Assembly: GCA_965112735.1 (NCBI GenBank)
Contig: OZ218959.1
Coordinates: 682,001 to 746,000 of the forward strand
Length of the DNA stretch: 64,000 nt
Source of the DNA: Phaeosaccion multiseriatum
Lineage: Eukaryota; Protista; Ochrophyta, other classes
Direction: 5' to 3'
Part shown: in pieces, positions 1 to 15,055 of the stretch
Layout: each line of letters begins with the position of its first letter
How positions within the stretch are numbered: the stretch's first letter is position 1
Position numbers and translations under genes: made by a program
The notes under the pieces: model-generated
What the model saw: only the letters and a program-made list of their open reading frames with translations
Databases searched by the model: none
Told to the model about the DNA's origin: nothing

Positions 1-1
1 A

Positions 2-1223
2 GAGAACAGTATTCAGCGGATAAAGGACAATCCGCGGAGCCAAGTCTTTCGTGGCGGCCGAGAGTACGACAGCAGACGCCAGCAAATTAACGGGGCTGGT
101 AAAGTACGCATCAAGGTACCCGGTGGGGTGCAGTATCTTATCATAACGGCAACTCTTGTGGCGGAATCAGTCGCCACTTTCGCCAAGCAGGCCGAGAAGC
201 TCAGCGTCCTCGGGACCTTGGGCTTGGACCTCCCCTTCGGTATGGATGGAGGCGGCTCAGGGGCGGCAGGGGGGGCGGGAGGCCGGGGCGGGGCGGTCTC
301 CAAGAAGCCTTTCATGGTTGAGAGGCGATATGATGCCGGAGCCACTATTGTGGAGCAAGGAGACCAGCCCACGCATATATCAGTCATCATCGAAGGCGAT
401 TGTCGAATCACCAGAGCCGACCCCTCGGAGGCAAGCAGCTCCTTGACGACCACCACCGCTGCTCCCAATGGGAATAGTAATGGCAAGAGTAGTGGAGCAG
501 CAGCAGTAGCAGGAGCAGGGGCAGCAGCAGCCGCTGCAGCAGCAGCAGCAGCAGGTGGAGGAGCAGGAGGAGGAGGAGCAGGAGGAGGCGGGGGAGGAGG
601 GGGTGGGCAAGGAGGGGAAGGAAAAGCAGCAACAACAGCAGCAGCAGGGGGAGGGGGGGGGGCAGCAGTAGGAGGAGGAGAGGTAGAAAGACCAGGAGGA
701 GCAGCAGGAGCCGGATCGGCAGGAGGAGGAGGAGGAGGAGGGCCAGGGGGGGGGGGGGGAGGGGGGATGTCTTCGATTTTCAAGCGCAAGAGCTCGAGGT
801 ACAGCCTGCAAGCCACACCACGGCAACGAGTAACCATGATTCTCAGCAGCGGTTTTTCCACCACGCTCGACTTGCGCCATATCGGGATCCTTGGCCCAAG
901 CAATATGGTGGGGGATATCCCTGCCTTCTTGGGCGGCGTACAGCCTGCCACTGTGCTGGCCAAGACGCCGGTGCGAGTGCTGCAGTGCTCTGCGAGCCGA
1001 TTCCTAGACCAAATTGAGGGCAGTACGGCATTGAAGCAAAAGTACATTGCTGGAGCCAAGGCTCGACGAGACTGGATACAGCAGCGCGGGGGGGATGTGG
1101 ATGCGTTGATGGAGCTCCGTAAAACGAGCGCTCTACTCGTGCATATTGCCAAGAAGCCACCCGAAGCAGCCTTGGCGGCGAGGACGACGTTGGGTAGGAG
1201 GCAGCAGCAGCAGCAGCAGCAGG

Positions 1224-1266
<43 letters not shown>

Positions 1267-1891
1267 GCAGCAGCAACAACAACAACAACAACAAAAGCAG
1301 CAACAGAAGCAGCCGCAGCGGCGCTCTTCTTTCCGTAGATTTGGGGCGAAGGGCGCCAGCCGCAGCTGCCCCGATAGCACTAGCACCAGCAGCGCGACGT
1401 GTGAAGAGGAGCAAGGCGATGACGACGACTACGATTCGACTTCGGCCGCACCTGAGTTCCTAGCATTGAGTGAGGAGGAGAGGCTCAAGTTAAAGCGTAT
1501 CATGCAGAACGCGCCGTCACTGCCGAGCTTTGCCGCAGCTTCGGGGGAGGTCACAGAGGCGGAGAAGCTCGAGTGGAGGGCCCACAGCTCAGAAGCGGCG
1601 GGGGCGGCGCAGGAGCAGCCCCAAGGCGCTTTGACGAGCACTCAGGAGGAAATCTCCACGTCTCTCTTGACCCCGTTCCCGACTCTCACTCTGGACAGGA
1701 AGCTGCACTCTGTGTCGCAGCCCACACTGAGCCACAGCAACGGCTTCATGGACCCCTTCCAGGGGCGTGTGTACGATGCTTGGTGGAACAAGCACCTGCA
1801 AGAGCCGTCTGAGCCGAAGCTGAAGCGGTCCGACAGGGTGCTGATTGAACAAAGGATCGCGGAAGGCTTCGCCAAACTCCGTTCCATGTGA
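2..1891 (+). CDS. Cyclic-nucleotide-binding (cNMP) domain protein with Gly/Ala-rich insertion and polyQ tract; 5' end lies outside the window
   Basis: Frame is open from base 2 to TGA at 1889-1891. ERRYDAGATIVEQGDQPTHISVIIEGDCRIT and ILGPSNMVGDIPAFLGGVQPATVLAKTPVRVLQCSASRF match the cNMP beta-roll pattern, split by a low-complexity insert. Confidence 0.75.
1202..1310 (+). repeat. CAG/CAA trinucleotide tract encoding polyQ
   Basis: Directly visible (CAG)n(CAA)n run, in frame in the cNMP gene. Confidence 0.95.
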
Positions 1892-2059
1892 CGTCAGTTA
1901 AAATGTCTTCTGGGACTGACGTGTGGGGGTGGGGACTGCGGCACGGCACAAAGGCTTCAGCAACCCTCGTCAGATTCTCTCAGGGAGAATGACAACGGCT
2001 GGAAAAGTCCATTTTACAGGTATATGCGTGTAGGAGGACTCCCCTCCCCGTCAAAGGTC

Positions 2060-6944
<4,885 letters not shown>

Positions 6945-7104
6945 GGGTTGATGATGGTTGTTGGCGGATGGCACAACGCTTGACAAGTGGTGTGTCGGGG
7001 GGGAAATGTGAGCCTGGACGACCAACACGCGTACTTGCTCCTCTACACCATAGATGGCACTTAAAGGGTGTAATATCCACCCATCCATCCGATCCAATCA
7101 CCCC

Positions 7105-9305
7105 ATGATGGAGTTCTCCAGCCTTCTTGAAACCATGCCATCTGCAGAAGATAAGAACGCGTACGAGCACCCGCTCGTGGCGCGGTACTCGTCCAAAGAG
7201 ATGAGCTTCATGTGGAGCCCTCAGAAGAAGTTTCGCACGTGGAGACTGCTGTGGATCGCTCTCGCTACAGCGGAGAGGGATCTTGGCCTGGATGTCAGCC
7301 AAGAGCAGGTGCGTATCGCACCAAAAACCCCAACCTTCTCCTTATGACTTAATCCTGCCCCCTTCCTGCACACCGCGACGACAAAAGGTGGACGAGATGA
7401 CGAAGGAAATTGACAACATCGACTGGGCCTACGCTGCCGAGAAGGAGGCCGAGTTTCGACACGATGTCATGGGGCATGTGCATGCGTTTGGCCACGTCTG
7501 CCCTAAGGCTATGCCAATCATTCACCTTGGCGCCACCTCTTGCTACGTCGGCGACAATACAGACGTGATTCAGATCCGGGATTCGCTACTCCTCCTTCGC
7601 CGGAAGCTGGTCAAGCTGCTGTCGATTATGAAGGTGAGCAAGCAGAGGAGTGGTGCAGAGGGAGGGCTAGTCTCTCTCACCACGCCCCCCCCCCCCCCAT
7701 TCCCTCACAAATGCGATCAGAACTTTGCCGACAAGTACAAGGACATGGCGACTCTGGGTTTTACGCACTACCAACCCGCCCAGCTGACCACCGTGGGCAA
7801 GCGGTGCACGCTGTGGATGCAGGATCTGCTCATGGATCTCCAAGAGGTGGATCGTATGGTGGAGGGCATCCCCATGAGAGGCGTCAAGGGCACCACAGGA
7901 ACGCAGGCCACCTTCCTGCAGCTCTTCGACGGAGACCACTCCAAGGTCAAGCAGCTCAATCAGAAGGTCTGCGAGCTCATGGGTATCCCGCAGTGGGTGC
8001 ACGTCAGCGGCCAAACGTACACGAGGAAAATTGACTTCCAGGTGTGTGTTGTGTTGCGTGGTGTCTGCCTCATGTTGGGTGACATCCTGCCCACCGGCAG
8101 TGCCTCTCACTTTCTCTCAATTTCACGGGCAGGTACTGGCGGTTCTGAGTGGTATCGCGCAGAGTGCCGCCAAGATGTGCGGGGACATCCGCCTGCTGGC
8201 CAACTTGAAGGAAGTAGAGGAGCCCTTCTCAAAGACGCAGATCGGTAAGGAAGGAGCAGGAGCCGCTTCCTTGTTGGGTGTGCCTAATCCAGCCGCCCCC
8301 TGCCCGCCCACCCTTTTCGTGCGTGTATGTATGCGAGTAGGGAGCAGCGCAATGGCGTACAAGAGGAACCCCATGCGGTCTGAGCGCGTGTCCTCTCTGG
8401 CCAGGTACCTCATGAACCTCCCCACCATGGCGGCTCAGACGCACGCCAGCCAGTGGTTCGAGCGGACGCTGGACGACTCTGCCATTCGCCGCATCGTACT
8501 GCCCGAGGTAAATGTGAAGAGAGCCTTTGGGGATGCTGAAATATAATCTCATGTCGCCCCTGCGCCTCCCCCTCCCACACTCCCGCTTACGCTTACAACC
8601 ACAAACAGGGCTTTCTGGCAGCAGACGTGATCATCACGCTGCTCACCAACATTGCAGATGGGATGCATGTGTGGCCCGAGGTGGTCAGGGCGCGTGTCAT
8701 GAGCGAGCTCCCCTTCATGGCCACGGAGAACATCCTCATGGCCTGTGTGCAGGTGCGCGGCAAGGCCCAAACCTTTTGAGGGAGTTTTGAAGCAAACCAA
8801 CCCCTCCTCCCTCTCTTCCCTCTCTCTTCCCTCTCCCTCCGCTGGACCAGGCCGGTGGGGACCGCCAGGAGCTCCACGAGCTGATTAGGGTGCACTCCAT
8901 GGCTGCAGGGATGGTCGTCAAGGGCGAGGTGAGTGGGACTCTTTGGTATTTTGGCACCTTCTGAGGCAGTCAACCAACGCTGCGCACCGCAATGTTGTTT
9001 CTATTTACAGGGCAAGGCCAACGACTTGATGGACCGGATAAAGGCTGACCCCGCCTTTTCGGCCGTGCACGATAAGCTTGCGTCTCTGGTGGACCCGAAC
9101 CTGTTCATCGGTGGGTTGCAAGCACGCATATACTATTTTGCCGGCGCACCCCCCAAATCAAATACTAACCCTAGCACGAACTAACTCCCTGTCAGGACGT
9201 TGCCCCGAGCAAGTGGATGAATTCATGAGCGAGTGCATTGACCCATGCCTCTCAAAGTACGCATCCTTGCTGGAGGAGAAGAATGCGGATGATGTCAATG
9301 TCTAA
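7105..9305 (+). CDS. ADSL: Adenylosuccinate lyase, 9 exons
   Basis: [65 protein letters not shown], and the fumarate-lyase signature [16 protein letters not shown]. Eight GT-AG introns join in frame. TAA at 9303-9305. Confidence 0.97.
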
Positions 9306-9382
9306 GGCGGACGCCGGGAGACCCGGCGACGCTCGTCGTGCCTCTCCCGTCCACACCGCACAGTGGGCACAGCATGCAGCCG

Positions 9383-10310
9383 TCAGCGTCTCCGCCGGCA
9401 AGCCCCTTGGAGTGCATGATGCGTGCCATGGACTGAGGGGTGGGGGTTGGGGGGGCTGCTTGGGTCAGGGCCACGGCAGATGCGTGGCGGTACAGAGACG
9501 CGACGACGGATACGAACCTTGTTCCAAGTAGTGGCTCTCTCACGGAAGCTGAAGAGGACTCTATTTAGCAATGGCAGCCCCTTGGAGCTGATGATCTTGG
9601 CATGGTTCCGTAAGGCAATGAAGCTCAAATGGCCTCCCTGTTTGCATGGAACAGGAATAGTACAAGGTGAATGAGAGACGATCCACAGTATTGGAGACGT
9701 ACATACCACTCACCTCTGGGTTGATGATTGTCCTATGAAGCGCTCGGAGCTCGTGAAGAAGCCACGTCAGACTTTGGCTAAAGTCCGTCTCTCTGATCAT
9801 CGTGACAAAGAGCACTTCCTGGGAGAACTCGTCGGACACACCCAGGTCCTCCGCAACTCTCTTCTCCACGTCTCTTCTGTGGGGGGTAAGAACAACGAAT
9901 GACGTGACGAACGAACCAAAAGAGCAGAGATTATCTCTCCCTCACCTCCAGAATGGTGTGGTGGCGGCGGATGTTCTTTTCCGGGAGCTGGTGCTGGCAG
10001 TGTGTGGTCGGGGCTGGTCAGTGCTCTGCCCACCTTCAGCGCATGGCACTGACGACTTGGCCGGTGAAGCCTCATTACCCGTTGCGCCGACCGGTTGCTG
10101 GGCTTCGCAAACAGGTTGTGGCGTGCCGTCTCCTTCCGCGACTGTAAAAGAGGCAGCAGTGATGGTAGACGTGTGCAGGAGGTAGTTAGGGGGCCGTCTT
10201 TTGGGGCAGCATCAGGGGCGTCCTCTCACCTGGGCAAGCACCCTCCGCCGCCACTGGCGCAGGCTGATCGAGATGGCCCTCTTTACCACCTGCAGCCTGT
10301 TCGGCCTCCT

Positions 10311-10348
<38 letters not shown>

Positions 10349-11438
10349 TGGTCATTCCCAGAGGCACATGCTGCTGCTGGGGGAAAGGCATCGGCAGCAC
10401 TCCCCCCCTCCACCCTGCGCCGGATGCTAGACGATGGTCGGGGCGATAGCTTTTTCTTCCTCGCTCTCGGACTTTTCTCTCCCGATGGAGAGGGCGGCGT
10501 TTCTGGGAGAGCTGCTGCCTTCTTTCCTTTCTTCGATTGTGGCGCCGGGCTGTCTTTCTCCAATTCGTTGACGCGTCGCTGTGGATAGGAGGGGGCAGCG
10601 GAAGAACAGAGTGATGTGACTTCTGAGACATGGAAACGTGCACACCAACTCACACACCTCCAGTTTTGCCACTTTGAGCTCCGCAGCCTGTTCGCTGCGT
10701 TTGGCGTCGCAGACGATGCGTTTAAGCCAATCGGCCGCATCCTCTTCGGCACCCTCCAGCTGCAAAGCCTCCATACCAGGAAACTCTGCACTGAGAAGAT
10801 TCAGAGCACCCTCGAGACGCGTGGCCCCCGCAAGTTTTCCTGAGCCATTGTGAGGTGACGCGTACAGCTGTTATAGAGCCCTGACCCCGATATCTCTCTC
10901 CTGCCCCGCCCCCCAACTTCCGAGGCCTACCTTGCAAACGCTCCACACGTTCCGTCTGTGCCACAGCCGCTCGCTCCATACGGTCGATTTCCCTGTGCTT
11001 GCTCGCCATCGCATCCCTAACCTTCACGGAGTCCTGTCTCACGAGCAGCATCTCCGTTTGGAGATCCATAAACTCTGCATTAATGGAGCCCATCTTTTCC
11101 TCCAGCTTCTCGATGGCGCTTGCATAGTCTTCAAACTGTATTTGGCAGTCCAGAGTACACTCATGCACGAGGGTCAGGTATGTGGACGCTTGAGACATAT
11201 CCGTCGAGGTGAAATCCACGCCCCCCATGCAGTAAGCACGTAAAATCTGGCAGACACTCGCCAACAACACACTTGCTGCTCCAGTGGTCTTCCTGGCGCA
11301 GTCCCCTGTCGCCGACAGCTCGCGACGCATCTTCCTCGTCAGGTCAACCAGATCCGCATAGCTCCGCTGCGCGTTTCCCCAGTGCTGTGAAACAGTCTGC
11401 GGCCGGTTGGACACGTCCTGCACGTCCTGGCTGTTCAT
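9383..11438 (-). CDS. Hypothetical coiled-coil protein with polyQ, about 6 exons; 3' end uncertain
   Basis: ATG 11438. Exons join in frame through GT-AG introns (10930-10840 and four more). Heptad-rich segment YASAIEKLEEKMGSINAEFMDLQTE. No family recognised. Confidence 0.65.
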
Positions 11439-11950
11439 TGCACCCCTCGCGGCGCCGTATCTCGTTGCAGGCTTTGGTTTGAGCCGATTGACCGCGATCA
11501 ACTTGTGGGATACTTGCGCGAGGCGTTGAGATTGTGGCCATTTCGGCCCCACGTTCCGAGAGGAAAGTAGCACCCTGCTATCCCCCACCCCCTGCCCTCT
11601 CCCCATTAGACTCTTGTTTTTAGATTACCCTACCCTTCAAGCACCCCAAGTGCTACCGTAGAGGGAGTAGAAGGTTAGAAGGAAGGATGTGTGTGGAGTG
11701 TAGAGTGGAGAGAGAAAAAAGGGAGGAAGGGGAGAGGGAGGGATCGAGGAGGGGGAGGAGAAAAAGAAAAGAAATTTGTAACTGTATGACGACAACGCCA
11801 GCCATGGAAACCCCTCTGCCGTCGGACATCGGGCCGCACCCACCCCCTGTGTGTGTTATCCCCCCTGTGTGTGTCCACTTCTCCCCTTCTCTCAACCCCC
11901 CCCCCCCCCCTTCCTCCCCTTGCATATAGTTTGAATATCTATCGGGCAGG

Positions 11951-12151
11951 ATGGGCGCTGAGGCGAAAGCAAAAGGCCGCCGGCGTTTGAAGGCCAAGAA
12001 GGGACAGGGACTGGGGGTGTCCACGCTGTTCAAGAGTGTGGCTGTTTACGCTCTTCCTATTGTGCGATACGGAGCATTGCCTGCTGTCATCTGGCTGGGC
12101 ATCAGAACGCCGCCGCGGGTCAATCTTTGGTCCGCTCTGAACATCTTCTAG
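11951..12151 (+). CDS. TOM7: Tom7-like mitochondrial outer-membrane translocase small subunit (66 aa)
   Basis: Basic N-terminus, then IVRYGALPAVIWLGIRTPPRVNLWSALNIF. This follows the Tom7 pattern (H/R)YGxxPxxIxxG...P with one TM helix, and the size fits. Confidence 0.75.
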   Translation: MGAEAKAKGRRRLKAKKGQGLGVSTLFKSVAVYALPIVRYGALPAVIWLGIRTPPRVNLWSALNIF

Positions 12152-12443
12152 AATCCCAGGAAGGAAAGAGAGAGCGGAGGGAAGGGCGGTTCGCGGGAGA
12201 GGAGGGAGCTTCCGAAGAGCGAGCGTCTCGAGGGAGCGAGCGGGCAAAGCCACATACCCGCTTCAGAAGCGGGTCTGGATTTGTGGGAGGGGAGCGCCTC
12301 GGGCTCGAAGCAGTCGAAGGGAATAGGGCCGATCATGGCAGATACGGTATTTCGGCAATCGTGCGGCAAGCTTGCATCCGCGTGGCGTCGCGGAGGGCGG
12401 CTTTTTTAAGGGACAGCAGAGCTGCGCCAGGGTGTAAGTGGAG

Positions 12444-12503
12444 GGCGTATTTTTTTTCGAGAGAGGAAGAGCAGGCGTTTTTTTTTCGAGAGAGGAAGAG
12501 CAG
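12444..12503 (+). repeat. Two-copy tandem duplication of about 30 bp (ggcgt-Tn-cgagagaggaagagcag)
   Basis: Directly visible. Confidence 0.85.
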
Positions 12504-14232
12504 CTGGCGGTGGTGATGCTGGGCAGAGTACTGCCGCCGCCTCCGGCGTCGGAAGCGTGTCTCGCCAGCGAGAAGGGCGACGCTGGACGAGGAGAGGACG
12601 CACCCGATAAACCGTGCCTGCTACTTCTTCGCGTGTAAATACAGGGCAGCAGCACTAGCCCTGCTGAGCAAGGCTCAATAAGGAATAATAGAGTTTTTGG
12701 CCCTCCTCGGCCCTCCTCCCCCCTGCTCTACACATAAGCAGGGTTGCGTCTGAGCCACCGTTGCGAGGGGTGCGACTATCCGATTCAGCCCCCCGTCGTG
12801 TCCGTCTCCAAACTTACCCGTGGGTCCACCTCTACTCGGCCCACTGGCCTCCAGAGGGTCCCTCGATTTGTTGACCGATGGCCTTGAGACGTGAGGGCTG
12901 GGGAGGCAAAGCCATACCAAACTCGAGACTGCTGGGTTGAGGAGAGACCTCCCTCTCTCTTTTCCGGCCCCGGTCCAAAGAATGGTCTCATATGATCGGC
13001 CCGGCGGGACTCTGTTGCTCCCGTTGCGTATGTTTGTTGCCCAGCGTGGAGAAGGAGGCCTCCACGCCCTTGAAGCCTCCGTCCGGACAGTCGGACGGTG
13101 AGTGAAAGAAAAGCACACACAAAGGTCAAGATTTCTGCGTCTACGTGTCACAGCGGTCAGTTCGTCAGAGAGTGTGGGCGAGGCGAGCAACTAAGAGATA
13201 CTGTAAGTGTATGGTTCAGCACGTCGACATCGGGAGTCGAGGAGGTCTATTTTGATGTTGAGGACGTAGGAGATTTGGACAGTGCCCATGTGACAAGGAG
13301 GGGCAGCGTAGTGGCAGAGGGGAGTGGTAGCAGCGAGCGGGGCAAGCGGTGACGGCACAGGGAAAGACTCAATATTCGGGAGGTTCGCTCAGACATCAGC
13401 AACGCGTCCTCCATACTTCGGGAAGATAGGAGTGAGCGGTAGCTTACGTGGATAGCTACTGGGAGCGTGCCGAGAAGAGTCGTCACTACCCTGGCTCGGG
13501 AGGTTACAATGTTCATCTGTGGCTGTAGCCGTGGCTGTGGCTAATGCGGGAAAGCCCTTTCTTCCTTGTCTTTCCGAGCTAATGCTGTACGTCCGTTGGC
13601 TATCTAGTAACGATTTAAACAAGTGGTGGTGGTGGTGGTGGGCAGCATCGGCAGCAGTTACAGAATGTTGCTGCTGGTCCCGCTGTAACGGCTGCGGGAG
13701 TCCTGACCTCTATTATACCCCGGGGCAGACTCGACCGATGGCAACAGCACAATACTGGTGTACTTGAGGAGAAGCGGCGGCGGTGCTGGGGTAGACCGAT
13801 ATGCACCCACGGGACACATTGGCGTGTATATACCGAACGCTAATCGGTGCCGCATCGACGCTCCTGATCAGGAGGGAAGCCTCGAACCTGAGTAGAGTCG
13901 AACTCGAATGTGAGTAAGCCCGACTCCAAATCTGAGTAGGGGGGCGCAAATCTGAGTAGGATGTCACGAAACCGATAGCAGGCCGACGCGGATCCGGTGA
14001 GTAGCTAAGCCCGCTTTAAACTGAGTATACTAGATATATCGATTAGTAAAACGACGTCCTTTTAGCCCTTCCCGTCCCTCAGGCTCCCTCTCTTTGGCCC
14101 CCCTTGGTTCGCAAGGGACTGTGAGGAGAGACATCTTGATGGTAAGAGACCTGGCTGCTCTGGCCAAGACTCTTCCGAGACCACTGAACCCGTGGCGGCT
14201 TCTAGCTACGAGAACCAGCAAAAGCACAAGCC

Positions 14233-14335
14233 CACACGCACACGCACACGCACACACACACACACACACACACTAACACACACACAAGCAAAAGCACAAG
14301 CACACGTACACGCAAGCACATACTATGCACACACA
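14233..14335 (+). repeat. Imperfect (CA)n/(CACACG)n microsatellite
   Basis: Directly visible. Confidence 0.9.
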
Positions 14336-14557
14336 TACGTAAGTAGAGAGAGAGAGGCAGAGGGAGGTATGAGTGCGTATACGCTAATGTATGACCAAAG
14401 GCGAGGTCTACAGACGTGAGTGAGAGTATTGCACCACGGCCCCGCCCGCCCCCGCGCGGGCGGGTTTTTTTTCCCGCCAATCATATTTCACAGGTTGGAG
14501 AACCAACGGGAAGAGGGGGAAGTCGACGAAACCGAACCTCCAAAAAACACATGAAGT

Positions 14558-14700
14558 GTCTGAGGTACTTACTTCGATGTTCTTAGGTGCCCCCTCTTTC
14601 CCATCTCCCCCGTCTTCTGGCAGAGAAAGAGGGAATAGTCTGAGGTGCTCACTTCGGTGTTCTTAGGTCGCCCCCTCTTCGCCATATTCTCCGTCTTCTG
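14558..14700. repeat. Degenerate tandem duplication, period 80 bp
   Basis: gtctgaggt..cttcg.tgttcttaggt..ccccctctt..ccat..cgtcttctg starts at 14558 and again at 14638. Confidence 0.8.
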
Positions 14701-14796
14701 CTTCGCCAGGATGGGACTTACCAAGCCTCCAAAGACCCCTACGTGGTGAATGAAAGAAAGACCAGCCAACTAAACTGAAAAGAGGGCCGAGGGAAA

Positions 14797-14863
14797 AGCA
14801 GCAGCAGCAGCAGCAGCAACAAAGACCAACAGCACCAGCAGGAGCAGTAGTAGTAGTACCAGT

Positions 14864-14903
<40 letters not shown>

Positions 14904-14910
14904 GCGGCAG
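14797..14910 (+). repeat. Imperfect (CAG)n/(TAG)n tract, intergenic
   Basis: Directly visible; in-register TAG/TAA triplets. Confidence 0.9.
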
Positions 14911-15055
14911 CAAGTAGAGCGGACCATCAGGTTTCATCCTCAAAATACGCATACCTACGGAATAAACAAACCCTGCGGATTGTTTACGTAGATTCTCACG
15001 CTTCGCTCCACACCTCTCTCCCTCCCTTCTTTTGGGTGGTCCTACTTCCTGAAGG

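Noticed and set aside
13-1386. 457-aa poly-Cys ORF and similar antisense ORFs over the real genes
   Set aside because: Shadow frames of GC-rich and CAG-repeat coding sequence on the opposite strand.
12200-14000. Short ORFs in the intergenic region
   Set aside because: No recognisable motifs and no consistent exon chain.
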